In this document: one piece after another, positions 43,317-57,095 of the stretch
Layout: each line of letters opens with the position of its first letter
Numbering within the stretch: the stretch's first letter is position 1
From: Eledone cirrhosa
Taxonomy: Eukaryota
Length of the DNA: 64,000 nt
Direction of reading: 5' to 3'
Assembly (NCBI GenBank): GCA_964016885.1
Contig: OZ024757.1
Coordinates: 15,872,001 to 15,936,000, forward strand
Made by a program: the position numbers and the translations under genes
Notes under the pieces: model-generated
Told to the model about the DNA's origin: nothing
Seen by the model: only the letters and a program-made list of their open reading frames with translations
Databases searched by the model: none

Positions 43317-44238
43317 TTATACTTCTCTTAGGTCAGTGTTGTTTGTTTGGGTGTTGTTGTTGTTCCACTCATTCTTTCTGTTTAGCTTTGGTCTTCTAAT
43401 TTCTATTTCACTGGCCTCTCTGATTTGCCTATCTGCTGGGTCATTCCTATGTTTAGATATTATTCTAATTTCTATGTTGTCTATGTTACCGTCATGTTGT
43501 TGTCTAGCATGTTCGTATAGTACTGACCCGTTTTTTCGTCCTTTTAGTTCCCCCCAGTGTTGGTCTATCCTTTCACCTATGCTACGAGCTGTCTCACCTA
43601 TGTATGTTGTTGTCATGTTTCTGCAAGTACCCTCTGTACATCTTATGCTATAGACTACGTTTCTAGTTTTACAGTTTATCCGGGGGTTCACCTTACAAAT
43701 GATACATTTCCTATTGGTACAGTGGGTTTTCTTAAAAGGGTAGGTTTTGCTGATCAGGGATTTTATGGTGGTTCCTGGCTTTTCTACCACCTTTATTTTT
43801 AAGTGGGTCTTTCTCAGGGCCTTTCTACACTGGTTAGCTAATTTCCCTCCAGGGGTGGCGTCCACAAACATGACACTCTGATATCTCTGGTTGTCGTACC
43901 ATGATGTGGCCTTCCCTATCTTATGTCTAGCCCTATCTAAGCTATTCCATGATTTGCTCCTGTATAGTGGGCAAATTCCTTTCATGTCCAGTTCTATGAG
44001 GGTCTTATACTTTTCCATGGCTCCTTCGTATACTCTGACTCTGTCTCTTTGGTTGTAGCCAGAGAACTGCATGCGGTTGATGAAGTGTTGGATGTGTCCT
44101 TCCATTTCTGTTGGGTCGCACATGCTGGACATATTCTTCATCACTCGTACCAAATCTGCGATCAGAATATTAAACTTAGCACTACTGGACATTGCTGAGT
44201 TTTTGAGTATCAGGTATTTGGAGGCCATGGGTTTAGCA
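43317..44238 (-). CDS. PLE2 RT thumb + GIY-YIG (inverted partial copy, uninterrupted)
   Basis: Linker CTNRKCIIC; nuclease VVYSIRC..YIGETARSIGERIDQH, H, RQIREA, LN. Confidence 0.85.
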
Positions 44239-46695
44239 ATGCTAATGATAGAAACAATAACAACCACCATGATAACAATAATAGCAACACACACAACTCT
44301 GACGATAGAAATAACGACAACCCCTTAGAGAAACTATTTTTCAACCCAGCTGACAAAACATATAAGATGGGTAATATCTATCCTACGAGGTTACCCTTTA
44401 ATAAAAGAGTTTGCATACCACAGCAAATAGATGACGAGACGGAGGCACAGTTCACCATAGCTAGAAACAAGATTAGACAAGTAGTAGACAGGTACACTAT
44501 GAGACAGAGCAGACCAGAGGCCCAACAACTTGGGATAAAACCTGTAGAAGGCTTGGTTAGCCTCAAGCAGCGCACAAGGGATGGTGAGGTAGTGTGTCTA
44601 CCCACAGATAAGTCTGGTAGGATGTCAATAGATAGCATGCCGAACTACATCGAGGCAATGCAACCCCACATCACCAACACGAGCGAAGTTGCACAACTAA
44701 CACACGATGGGAGAGAAAAAATCCTCAACGCTCACATGATGATGTGGACTGACATCCTAAAGCCAAGCAGACGCACTGCCAACAACTTCCAGGCGTCTAA
44801 CAATGGCATACCACCCTTGTATGGGCTCCGCAAGGACCACAAGACAGTCGACGACCCGACAACAGGACCACCAACAAGACCCGTATGCGGAGCTAATATA
44901 GCTAGCAACTACAGGATCTCCTACTTCCTCTCAATGGTTATACGCCCCATAATCAAGATGTCCCCAGATGTATGTGAAAGTACAGAGGACCTCCTCAGCA
45001 GAATCAGTGAGTGCAACAAAAACAGGAGCCTATCCAACTGCATAATAGGCAGCATGGATGTGGTGTCACTGTACCCATCCATTAACATTGATTTTGCTGT
45101 GAAAAGATGTGTGGAGATGATCATTGAGAGTGAGGTGGAGTTCTGCGACGTCGACACAGACGAACTGGGCCTCCTACTTAGACTTACCTACGACACTGAC
45201 TACCTAGACAGCCATGACCTTAGATGTTTCTGCCCTAGTAGACCTATAAGAGGTAGACCCCCCACCATAACCTCAATGGCTAAAAAGACTCCCATAGGAA
45301 GGTGGATTGGGTGGACCAAAGCTATACGGACCCCCCAAAACACTGATCAGGTAAGAAAAATGGTCGCACATGCAATAGGGGCTAGTATCAAAACTACCCT
45401 AAAGGGCCACATATTTAAGTTCAATGAGAAAATCTACACCCAAAATGAGGGAGCAGCCATCGGCGTCAGCATAGCTGGTGATGTTGCCAACCTTTTCATG
45501 GTATGGTGGGAAAGGAGACTTAAAGATCTCCTTAATGAAAGCTCCATAGACCTCATCATGTACTCTCGTTATGTAGACGATATCAATATAGTTATAAGAA
45601 CACCCCCACTAGAGAGCACTAACAAGTTTGATTTAGAACGTAGCACGATGGAAAGCATCCAGCAGATAGCTAATTCCATACACCAGAGTATAACTGTAAC
45701 TATAGACTTCCCTTCCAAACACCCTAACAATAGACTACCTGTATTAGACACAGAACTCTGGATTAACACTATAGACGAGAGAGCCCAAATTCTCCACTCA
45801 CACTATGCTAAACCCATGGCCTCCAAATACCTGATACTCAAAAACTCAGCAATGTCCAGTAGTGCTAAGTTTAATATTCTGATCGCAGATTTGGTACGAG
45901 TGATGAAGAATATGTCCAGCATGTGCGACCCAACAGAAATGGAAGGACACATCCAACACTTCATCAACCGCATGCAGTTCTCTGGCTACAACCAAAGAGA
46001 CAGAGTCAGAGTATACGAAGGAGCCATGGAAAAGTATAAGACACTCATACAGGAGCAAATCATGGAATAGCTTAGATAGGGCTAGACATAAGATAGGGAA
46101 GGCCACATCATGGTACGACAACCAGAGATATCAGAGTGTCATGTTTGTGGACGCCACCCCTGGAGGGAAATTAGCTAACCAGTGTAGAAAGGCCCTGAGA
46201 AAGACCCACTTAAAAATAAAGGTGGTAGAAAAGCCAGGAACCACCATAAAATCCCTGATCAGCAAAACCTACCCTTTTAAGAAAACCCACTGTACCAATA
46301 GGAAATGTATCATTTGTAAGGTGAACCCCCGGATAAACTGTAAAACTAGAAACGTAGTCTATAGCATAAGATGTACAGAGGGTACTTGCAGAAACATGAC
46401 AACAACATACATAGGTGAGACAGCTCGTAGCATAGGTGAAAGGATAGACCAACACTGGGGGGAACTAAAAGGACGAAAAAACGGGTCAGTACTATACGAA
46501 CATGCTAGACAACAACATGACGGTAACATAGACAACATAGAAATTAGAATAATATCTAAACATAGGAATGACCCAGCAGATAGGCAAATCAGAGAGGCCA
46601 GTGAAATAGAAATTAGAAGACCAAAGCTAAACAGAAAGAATGAGTGGAACAACAACAACACCCAAACAAACAACACTGACCTAAGAGAAGTATAA
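44238..46695 (+). pseudogene. PLE2 RT + GIY-YIG ORF, 5'-truncated and frameshifted
   Basis: Motifs TDKSG, LYGLRKDHK, TRPV, SMDVVSLYPSI, GAAIG, RYVDD and VLD; 32-nt deletion at 46049/46050 relative to the inverted copy. Confidence 0.9.
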
Positions 46696-46952
46696 ATAAG
46701 TAAATAAAATAAAATAAAATAAGATAAATAAATACATACACAAGCACATAAACACACACTAGTCACCCAGCAGACACAACACTATACACACTAGTCACAC
46801 ATCACACTATACACACACGCAAACGCATGCGCAAAGAAGACAAAATAAAATAAGATAAACAAACAAGCAAATAAATAAATAAATATATAGACAGACTGAA
46901 CAAAAAAAAAAAATGGCGTAGACATACAACACAACAGGAGGAACAATGAATA

Positions 46953-47025
46953 TAACACCACTGACGATGTTGCAGATGTGCAACGAAAGATTTATGTAAA
47001 TTATGTAAACTATATATATGTGTTT
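46953..47025 (+). ncRNA. HHR-like motif in the PLE2 3' region
   Basis: CTGACGA-t-GTTGCA(gatg)TGCAAC-GAAA; stems I and III are not cleanly resolved. Confidence 0.45.
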
Positions 47026-47699
47026 GTGTCTATATTGTATCTGTATTATTTTTGACCGCCGGTCAGTCAATGGCAACATTGAGGACCGAGTAAGTTAGAT
47101 CGCAGATATATATATATAAAAGACAGCGAGAAGCGAAAACCAACCAAACAGTGAGTGTGTTCTGTTATTAATTCTGGCAATATTACGCAAATATGACCCT
47201 CCCCATATATATATATATATATATCAATGATATTAATAAATGGAAACTAGATTTATAAAAAACAATATTTATTCTATTATATATATTTCAAGGGTACAAA
47301 AACTTTGGTACGCCCTCATCAGATAAAATCGAAAGTTTGTTTTATAAATATTGACATACTCAGGAATGATACCTTAACGGTTCTAGTTTCTCCTAGATAT
47401 ATATATATATATTAAAGGGAGAAGCAAATTCTACGTTGCAAGTGTTAAATAGTATTAATATATATATTTTTAATATTCCCTATTCTGTATTGAATATTCA
47501 TTTAAAACTGGTCTCTCTTACTCTTGATACATCACAGACACACTAACACGAGTAGCTATATCATTTAAAGAAACATGACAGTTATGATAGAAAAATTGAA
47601 ATATATATTCTTATAAATATGTGTATCTAAATTAAAAATAACTTCTTATATATTTAATATACATATATACGTATATATATATATGTATATATATATATG

Positions 47700-47801
<102 letters not shown>

Positions 47802-47815
47802 ATATATATATTCAA

Positions 47816-47870
47816 ACTGCCTGAAGAGGTCACAGCCAAAGATGGCTGTCACTGAAATATATATAGCAGT
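47816..47870 (+). ncRNA. Minimal type I HHR motif in a ~110-bp (TA)n insertion
   Basis: ACTGC-CTGAAGA-GGTcACAGCCA(aaga)TGGCTGTcACT-GAAA-TATATA-TA-GCAGT. Confidence 0.8.
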
Positions 47871-47919
47871 AATAAACGAAGCTAAATTTTAAACATTTGA
47901 CTTTTTATTTAACTTTATG

Positions 47920-47951
<32 letters not shown>

Positions 47952-47953
<2 letters not shown>

Positions 47954-48141
47954 CAAAGGAAATGTGGTAAGGAACCAGATGGACCAAAACGCACCAGAGT
48001 ACTCAATAGTTAGAGTAGTAGAGTGGGAAATATGAAAAAATTATCACCCCGACGGCAGAGCTCAAGCCGTTTCGACGACTATTTCTGGACTGAAATAGCC
48101 GTCGAAACGGATTGAGCTCTGTCGTCGGGGTCATAGCTTTT

Positions 48142-48144
<3 letters not shown>
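47952..48144 (-). mobile_element. Family A fold-back insertion
   Basis: Tail on the left; inverted arms centred near 48088. Confidence 0.75.
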
Positions 48145-48185
<41 letters not shown>

Positions 48186-48232
48186 CATACAAACACATAT
48201 ATATGTATATATATGTATATATATATATGTAT

Positions 48233-48305
<73 letters not shown>

Positions 48306-48543
48306 TACACATATATACATATATGTAAATAAATATATATATGTATGTATGTATACGTACATACATATATGTATACAGACGTACAGTAGTATGTATATAT
48401 ATACATACATGCACACATATATACATGCACGTATCGGTTTACTGAACATTTATTATAATGCTCGGTTTGTTTGTTTGTAAACAAACAAACAAACAGCCCG
48501 AAGTACTAAGAGTGAGAAATGAAATTTCGTTTCATTCGATTCC

Positions 48544-48604
<61 letters not shown>

Positions 48605-48647
48605 CACACGCAAACACACAAACACGCACATACATATGTATATAAAT

Positions 48648-48965
48648 GTAGATAAATCTACCAAAATATACGGTAGTGTCCAATCCGTATGAAGAACTCA
48701 ATGTAATCCAAATATCATGAAAAGAGAAGATGTATTCAAAAATTTTTTCGATGAAAAACACAGGAAAACCGAGTCAAGATAAATTAATAAAAACAATGAA
48801 TAAAAAAAAAAGAAACAGTTTGATAGTTTGTAAAATTTTTACATAGATCTATGTGATATACATACCAACACACACATATATATCCTAGAAACGATCGTAA
48901 AATGATGAATTTTTTAATATAGGGAACTGTTTCTTTGTTTTTATTCATTGTTTTTATTAATTTAT
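48648..48965. mobile_element. Family D insertion (PLE1 3' end)
   Basis: Matches 34437-34610 and 39075-39225; further fragments at 9150-9280 and 59465-59700. Confidence 0.8.
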
Positions 48966-49297
48966 ATATATAAATATAGATATAGCACACACGCACGCAG
49001 AGATATATATATATATGCACACAAATGTATACATATATAGATATATACACACATATAAGTATGTATATATACTCACATAAACAGCCATAGAAATATATCT
49101 TTTTAATGACGTCTAGTAAATCTCATTGGTGTTTTGTTTGTTTATGATGTGTAGTTATTTGAGTATTCCAAGTTTTTCGTCTGTAGCTACCAAGACATAT
49201 CATTACTTTAATTGTCATGTGTCTCAACATTGGTATCTAAGTAGAATCACTGATTTATGACATCAAACGCCAAAATATTAGTAATTATTCGACATAA

Positions 49298-49350
<53 letters not shown>

Positions 49351-49377
49351 CCCTCATTGTCTGTCTGTCTCACCCTA

Positions 49378-49427
<50 letters not shown>

Positions 49428-49614
49428 CATATGTATATATATATTGTTATACTTTCGGAGGGTTATGCTGTCAAAACAAAGGATATATATATATATAAAT
49501 ATATACACACACACATACATATTATATATATATATATATATACATAATGTGTGTTTATGCACATATGCTCCGTGCTATACGTAAATATATACATATATAT
49601 ACATACATATACTT

Positions 49615-49878
49615 CCAAAATTCAGCTCAAAAGTGACACAGAGGAATCTGAGATTAGCTGGACATGCTCACCGACATCCAGAGTTGACATTGCACTCAGT
49701 GCTCCTGTGGGAGCCCCTACATGGACACACTGGAAGAGGAAGTCCAAGGTTAACGTATGTTGATGCCCTAAGGACAGACACTGGTCTGTTGGAGACGCAG
49801 GACATGGCAGCGATAATGAGGGACAGAGACCGCTGGAGAGAACTCGTCCATGGATCTCGGGAATTTTACCCGCACTAA
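49615..49878 (+). mobile_element. 5'-truncated LINE 3' end (RTE/RTE-X-like)
   Basis: LRLAGHAHRHPEL..LLWEP.HG..GRG.PRLTYVD.L..DTGL..M.DRDRWR is a typical non-LTR ORF2 C-terminus. Confidence 0.8.
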
Positions 49879-49939
49879 ATATATATATATATATATACAC
49901 ATACGTACAGACATATATACATTTATATATATAAGACTT

Positions 49940-50130
49940 AAGCAAACGTGTGAGATTCTCGAAGTCAAGTTTCCGGGCAAAGGCTTACTCGCAAAGAGAA
50001 CAATATAAATGTTGGTGAAGAGGTTGCTTGCTACGGGGTCAGTGGTCAAAGAGACCCTACAGTTGGAACACCGAAAGTTATTTAGGACATTAGCCAAAGA
50101 ATTAGTCGAAGTCCAAAGAAGTCAACACTA
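49940..50130 (+). pseudogene. Tc1/mariner transposase N-terminal relic
   Basis: KFPGKGLLAKRTI*MLVKRLLATGSV then PTVGTPKVI*DISQRISRSPKKST; stops and a frameshift. Confidence 0.6.
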
Positions 50131-50847
50131 TGCTACGGAAGCTGGGCGACTTTCTCAGGCGTCACTTTGTATCTACCAATCATAACTCTTGAAGAAGGAA
50201 CCAGTATTTGAAATCAGAACACACAGGATATAATCAAGTGTTGCAGGACATCTCATACAATTCTCTGGACTACTATTTTATTTATCGACCCCTGGACGGG
50301 ATGAAATGGTAAAGTTGACCTTGATGGCAAAGATAATGCCAATATATAAAGAGAAAAAAGAAGTGCTTTAGATAACATTTCACATTTATATTTATGGGAG
50401 AATAAATATCGGATCAGAAACCAGTTTTTGTTGTCAATTGACAAACATTTCTTTGATCCACAGTTTATGTAATTATCTGGTAAATGACAGTTACTTTGAA
50501 CAGAAATCGAAGATATCTTATCAGTTATAAAACAAAATATTAAAAAATGCAACAACAGCAACAACAACAACAATAACAGCAGCAACTGTAACAACAACAA
50601 CAACAGAAACAACAACATCAGCAAAAAAAAAAAAAAACCAGTAAAAGCAACAACCGCAACAACAAAAACAGCAGCAATAACAGAAAATACAGTCACGACC
50701 ACGACAACCACAACAACAACAAACACACTTAGCTAACACTCCATGGACCATTCAATTTTCAATTGAAGATACCACTAATTGTCAAATGGTATGTTACGAC
50801 AAAAAAATAAGGATACACGATAGAATAAATATAATTATCAAGTAAAA

Positions 50848-50900
<53 letters not shown>

Positions 50901-50934
50901 CATGCATAGATATATGTATACATACATACATGTA

Positions 50935-50995
<61 letters not shown>

Positions 50996-51293
50996 ATACT
51001 TTGGGAGGGTCATGTTGCCAATAAGAAACACACGCACCATCTGCGTTCACTTCAATTTATTATAATAAATTGAAGTGAAAGCATCTGGTGCGTGTGTTTC
51101 TTATTGGCAACATGACCCCCCCAAAGTATAACAATATCGGTTTCAACACACGTTTTCAGATAAAGAATCTTGCTAAACAAATTCAGAAACGAAATATATA
51201 TATATGTATAAATAAATATATAATTACAAATATATATATACATATATATATATAATTACAAATATATATATAAGGATATATACATACATACAT

Positions 51294-51350
<57 letters not shown>

Positions 51351-51649
51351 TACATACACATCCATATCAATATATATACATACATATACATATAAATATA
51401 TATACATACATATCCATATATACATACATATACATATATATATAAATATATATATATACATACATATCCATATATATACATACATATATATCTATACATA
51501 TCCATATATATATATATACATTCATATATATATATCCATATATATATACATACATATACATAGATATATACATAGATATAAATATATATCCATATATATA
51601 TATATCCATATATATACATCCATATACATACATACACATACATAGATAT

Positions 51650-51756
<107 letters not shown>

Positions 51757-52608
51757 GTTTCTCTGGGAAATCTAATGTTTCGATTAGTTCCAGCTATCAA
51801 GCCGAGTTTAAATATATTGTATTGATGGCAATTTTATTATCTCTAACCGACAAATTGCTTTCTACACACGGCTCAGTATTTTTACAAATGGGTTATGTTG
51901 AGAGTGAAGGAAGACATAAACGAGATCTGTTCACAGTAGGTTATCTAGTTGAGCAATATAGTTTCCGCTGGTAGAAATTAATTAGATAAAACCAAACGAA
52001 AGTATTTTTGTTATGCCTTTTTTTAATTTTTTTGTGTGCATTTTTCCTTTACAATAATAACGTTTTTCATTTCAATTGCTAAAATGCTTTTAGGAGTGAC
52101 GTGAATTTCGTTCCATTGAGTTTTATTACCGTTATAAAAGATAAAAGGAATACAAAAAATGTGGATGATGTAGCGTGCTAGTAAAAAAAAAAGGTGGGTG
52201 AAAGGAGAAACCATGCCGGCAATCAGAATTAGCGACCAAATTGCATTTATTAAGTTGTAACTAGTGCAGTTAAAAAGTACTGCTGTTGGTGTTGTTGCCG
52301 CTGCTGTTAAGGCCAAGGTTAGCCTTAACCACCACACCACTCACCCATCCCACCACACCACCTACACAACACAAAAAAGCAACTCCTCTATGATCAAGCT
52401 ACATTTTTCATCGTAACATTTTTGGAGACACTGTGTACACAATTAAGAAGCTTTTTAAAGTCAATTTCCCTGCTACAACAGAGGTTAACATTGAGCAGCC
52501 CCGTCGCCATCATTATATTGATCCTGCACATCTTTTAAGGTAGGGTCTCACAAAATGGACAGTCCGTTTTAATCTCTGGCCCAACCCCTTTTAATCGCCT
52601 CTTACGAT

Positions 52609-52694
<86 letters not shown>

Positions 52695-52835
52695 TTGCAT
52701 GTATGTATGTATATATATATACATATATATATAATATATACATGCAAGAATATATATTATTTATATATATGTATATATATACATATATATATAATATATA
52801 TTCTTGCATGTATATATATATATATATATATATAT

Positions 52836-52960
52836 AAGCTATTTAAACGTATGTTGTTACTCTAAGGACCTACCCTTATTGAGTGCTTTGCTAACTCATT
52901 CATATTGCAGGTCGACTTCGCTTGCCCACAGCCAAAGCTTCGATTTTACTAAGCTTCCAC

Positions 52961-52992
<32 letters not shown>

Positions 52993-53194
52993 GAACCGGT
53001 AAGACCCCGACGGCTGAGCTCAAGCCGTTTCGACGGCTAATTCTGGACTAAATATTTAGTCCAGAATTAGCCATCGAAATGGCTTGAGCTCAGCCGTCGG
53101 GGTCTTACCGGTTCCTATTACCCACTCTACTACCCCAAGTATTGAGTACTTTGGTGCGTTATGGTCCACCTGGTTCCTTACCACATTTCCTTCG

Positions 53195-53284
<90 letters not shown>

Positions 53285-53314
53285 ATATATATATATACAT
53301 GTATATATATATAT

Positions 53315-53398
<84 letters not shown>

Positions 53399-53680
53399 GT
53401 GAAAGCTTAGTAAAATCGAAGCTTTGGCTGTGGGCAAGCAAAGTCGACCTACAATATGAATGAGTTAGCAAAGCACTCAACAAGGGTAGGTCCTTAGAGT
53501 AACAACATACGTTTAAATGGCTTGACAAATTGAACATTGTGGTAGGCAAAACCCAACCCACAATACCAGAGCAACGAAAAAACTAACAGGTTAAAAAAGA
53601 TACACCTGGACAAATTAAACGATATACGTTTAAAGTGTTTCTGTGAATTCGAAATCAAATATCCGACTTACGTAACACAC
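52836..53680 (+). mobile_element. Fold-back insertion (family G) with a nested family A element (52991-53196)
   Basis: Arms 52836-52963 and 53396-53523 are inverted; the centre holds (TA)n and a complete family A fold-back. Confidence 0.8.
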
Positions 53681-53769
53681 ATATATATATATGTATATGT
53701 ATATGTATATATAATTATATGGATATATAGATATGGATATATGTACATATATATATATGTATATATATA

Positions 53770-53907
53770 GAAAAAGAGTCATGATCCCGACGGCTGACCT
53801 CCGGTCGTTCAATAGCGTTTCGGATCTATTACACACTCTACTACCCTAAGTATTGAGTACTCTTGTGCGTGATGGTCCACCTGGTATCTTACCAGACCTT
53901 CTTTGTT
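53770..53907 (+). mobile_element. Family A insertion (internally deleted)
   Basis: Inverted arm followed by TTCGGATCTA joined to TTAC and the tail. Confidence 0.7.
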
Positions 53908-53930
53908 ATGTGTATCTATCTATCTATCTA

Positions 53931-53988
<58 letters not shown>

Positions 53989-53991
<3 letters not shown>

Positions 53992-54187
53992 TTAATATAG
54001 ATGAGATTCTACAGGACTAGAACTGTTTCATTCTTTAGAAATCATCAGGAATTCTGATTCCTGATGATTTCTAAAGAATGAAACAGTTCTAGTCCTGTAG
54101 AATCTCATCTATATTAAAACTTTTATACTCTGCAATGTATTGAGTACCTTACTTACTGTGGTTACCTCCGATTCAACCCGGAATAAC

Positions 54188-54191
<4 letters not shown>
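53989..54191 (+). mobile_element. Family E fold-back with HHR (54056-54104)
   Basis: Near-identical to 7681-7880. Confidence 0.8.
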
Positions 54192-54227
<36 letters not shown>

Positions 54228-54231
<4 letters not shown>

Positions 54232-54450
54232 TATTGGTGCTCTGAAATAACGATGTATATATAAATGTATGTATAGTATATTTGATAATATACTGTTTGG
54301 TATATTAAAAACATTTCGAAGAGCATTCGCTATGAATTTTAAAGTAGTGATTATGTCACTACTTTAAAATTCATAGCGAATGCTCTTCAAAATGTTTTTA
54401 ATATACCATACAGTATATTATCAAATATACTATACATACATTTATATATA
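54228..54450 (-). mobile_element. Fold-back insertion (single-copy family)
   Basis: Arms of about 95 bp around TTATG (54351-54355); short tail on the left. Confidence 0.7.
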
Positions 54451-54625
54451 TATATACTCACCCTCACTCCTTCTCGGAGCCCCCCCCCCCACTCTCCTGG
54501 GGAAGGACTTATGTCCGAAACGTCGTAAACTCATACCCCCACTCTCACCAAGCGTGAAACTAATAATACCTTGTAACATTTACTCCTGCGTTTGTTTGTT
54601 TGTTTTTTTGTTTTCTGTTATTTTG

Positions 54626-54664
<39 letters not shown>

Positions 54665-54670
<6 letters not shown>

Positions 54671-55366
54671 ATTAAATAAATGGAAACTATATTTATAAAA
54701 CCATATTTATTTCATTATATATATTTCAGGGATAACATATTAACAATATGCTATGCCTTCCTCAGACAAAATACAATATAAACAGTTTTATAGATAAATA
54801 GATTCGAAATACCGTAACAACATCTACTTGCATTTGAGAAGGTTGATTTGGTTGTGACAAAATTGTACACAGAGAGAAAGAAAGAGAGAGAGAAAGAGAG
54901 AAAAAGAGAGAAAAAAAGGAAAGAAAGACAGAAAACGAAGAAAAAGAAAAAGAAGAAATGCATGGAACAAAATATTTTGTTCCATGCATTTCTTCTTTTT
55001 CTTTTTCTTCGTTTTCTGTCTTTCTTTCCTTTTTTTCTCTCTTTTTCTCTCTTTCTCTCTCTCTTTCTTTCTCTCTGTGTACAATTTTGTCACAACCAAA
55101 TCAACCTTCTCAAATGCAAGTAGATGTTGTTACGGTATTTCGAATCTATTTATCTATAAAACTGTTTATATTGTATTTTGTCTGAGGAAGGCATAGCATA
55201 TTGTTAATATGTTATCCCTGAAATATATATAATGAAATAAATATGGTTTTATAAATATAGTTTCCATTTATTTAATATTGTAAATATACTCCAAATATTT
55301 GTCGAGTGCTTTTATATCAGTTATAAATATTTACTAGTTGTAACACAACAATTTAAATATAACTTT

Positions 55367-55368
<2 letters not shown>
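54665..55368 (+). mobile_element. Family B fold-back with a 618-bp spacerless palindrome
   Basis: Symmetry centre at 54973/54974; arms span 54665-55282; HHR core CTGAGGA at 55182; tail to 55368. Confidence 0.85.
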
Positions 55369-55418
<50 letters not shown>

Positions 55419-55420
<2 letters not shown>

Positions 55421-55610
55421 CGAAGCAAGTGTGGTAAGAAACCAGGTGGACCATAACCCACCAAAGTACTCAATACTTAGGGTAGTAGAGTGGGTAATAG
55501 GAACGAGTAGGATCCCGACGGCTGAGCTCAAGCCGTTTCGACGGCTAATTCTGTCCAGAACTAGCCGTCGAAACGGCTTGAGCTCAGCCGTCGGGGTCCT
55601 ACTCGTTCCT
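55419..55610 (-). mobile_element. Family A fold-back insertion
   Basis: Tail on the left; arms centred near 55554. Confidence 0.8.
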
Positions 55611-55613
55611 ATA

Positions 55614-55657
<44 letters not shown>

Positions 55658-56604
55658 CGAAACATAAGTCAATTGCATGAACTCATAATCCTTTATTTAT
55701 ATATGATGGAATATACGGAGAATTTTGGCGATGCCGTGTCGTTAAATGCCGCACAATATAATTATATCTAAACAGAATTGAAACTCTGTCGCAGTATTTG
55801 TTTAGTATGATCACATCTCTTCCTTTTTCCCAGAATGCCACCCTTAAAATATTTTGTGAAATTATTCTCTTTATACACAGGATAAACCCACATTTTAATT
55901 TGTTGCATCGTAAGAGATTGAGAGAAAGTTGTTTTAAAATTGGTCGTACTAAACTGTAATGAATCGCGAAAACATTTCCGGCCTAGGTTCAGAAATTCCT
56001 GAAAGGAAATGGCGTCTTTAAATATAACATTATAGATTGTGTAGTTGTCTTTAAAATGACTCATAGATTTAACTGAGTGAACACATTTATCGCGGCTTAA
56101 TTAATTTAAAGTTATTTTTGAGGATGTGGGTTATAACATTCCATTATCGATTATTCAGAATCCTTGAAGATGATTAATACAGAAATTAAGATATTGGCTA
56201 TTATCCTCAGTACATTAGCTCTTCTACAATCTTTGTTCCATTTAAAATATTAGCTATCCAGCAGGCAAATCACAAATGTCATTTCACAGACCAGTAGATT
56301 TGTTGTGTAGCCTGCAATCGTTTATATAATGTTCGTAGTCCAGCGTAAATTGTTGGAGCGTCAATCCATCTTGCCCCAGCTCATTGCGTTTTGCCTTCAA
56401 AATCCCGAAGAGTTTAATTTAGCCTTTCACCCTGCCAGACGTAACAGAGCGGAGTACAAGTCGGGAGTATTAGGGTTGGTTTAGTCGTCTTTCCTCTTCA
56501 CCCCTAATATTGTTGACTGTGCCAAAAATCTTAGGGGCCTGTAGATTGTCAAGGATACGGCTCAAAATAAATGAAAAGATCAAAATCAAGGAAGGGAGGG
56601 AAGC

Positions 56605-57095
56605 GCATTGTGACCATTGATGCAGAGGGGCATCTGGCAGCCTGAGCAATCCATTTGGACCAGTGAGGGACATCTGACTGCCTGATCAATCCATTGTGAC
56701 CAGTGAAGGACATTTGATAGTCTGGTCAATCCATTTTGACTAGTGGAGAACATTTGATAGTCTGGTCAATCCATTGTGACCAGCGATGTGCATCTGTTAG
56801 TCTGGTCAATAAATTGTGACCAGTGAAGGATATCTGTTAGTCTGGTCAATCCATTGTGACCAGCGATGTGCATCTGTTAGTCTGGTCAATACATTTGGAC
56901 CAGCGATGTGCATCTGTTAGTCTGGTCAATACATTATGACCAGTGAAGGATATCTGTTAGTCTGGTCAATCCATTGTGACCAGCGATGTGCATCTGTTAG
57001 TCTGGCCAATTCATTGTGACCAGCGATCGACATCTGTTAGTCTGGTCAGTACATTGTGATCAGCGACGTATGCGAACATTTGAAAGTCTGGTCAG
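56605..57095. repeat. 40-bp minisatellite, about 12 units
   Basis: Unit CCATTGTGACCAGCGATGTGCATCTGTTAGTCTGGTCAAT. Confidence 0.9.

Larger units (their letters stand above)
42739..47204. mobile_element. Penelope-like element 2 with ~1.4-kb inverted duplication of its 3' part
   Basis: 42808-44238 is the reverse complement of 45806-47204; flanked by (TA)n. Confidence 0.92.

Noticed and set aside
56605-57095. CRISPR-like palindromic array
   Set aside because: The inner segments are recurring variants rather than unique spacers.
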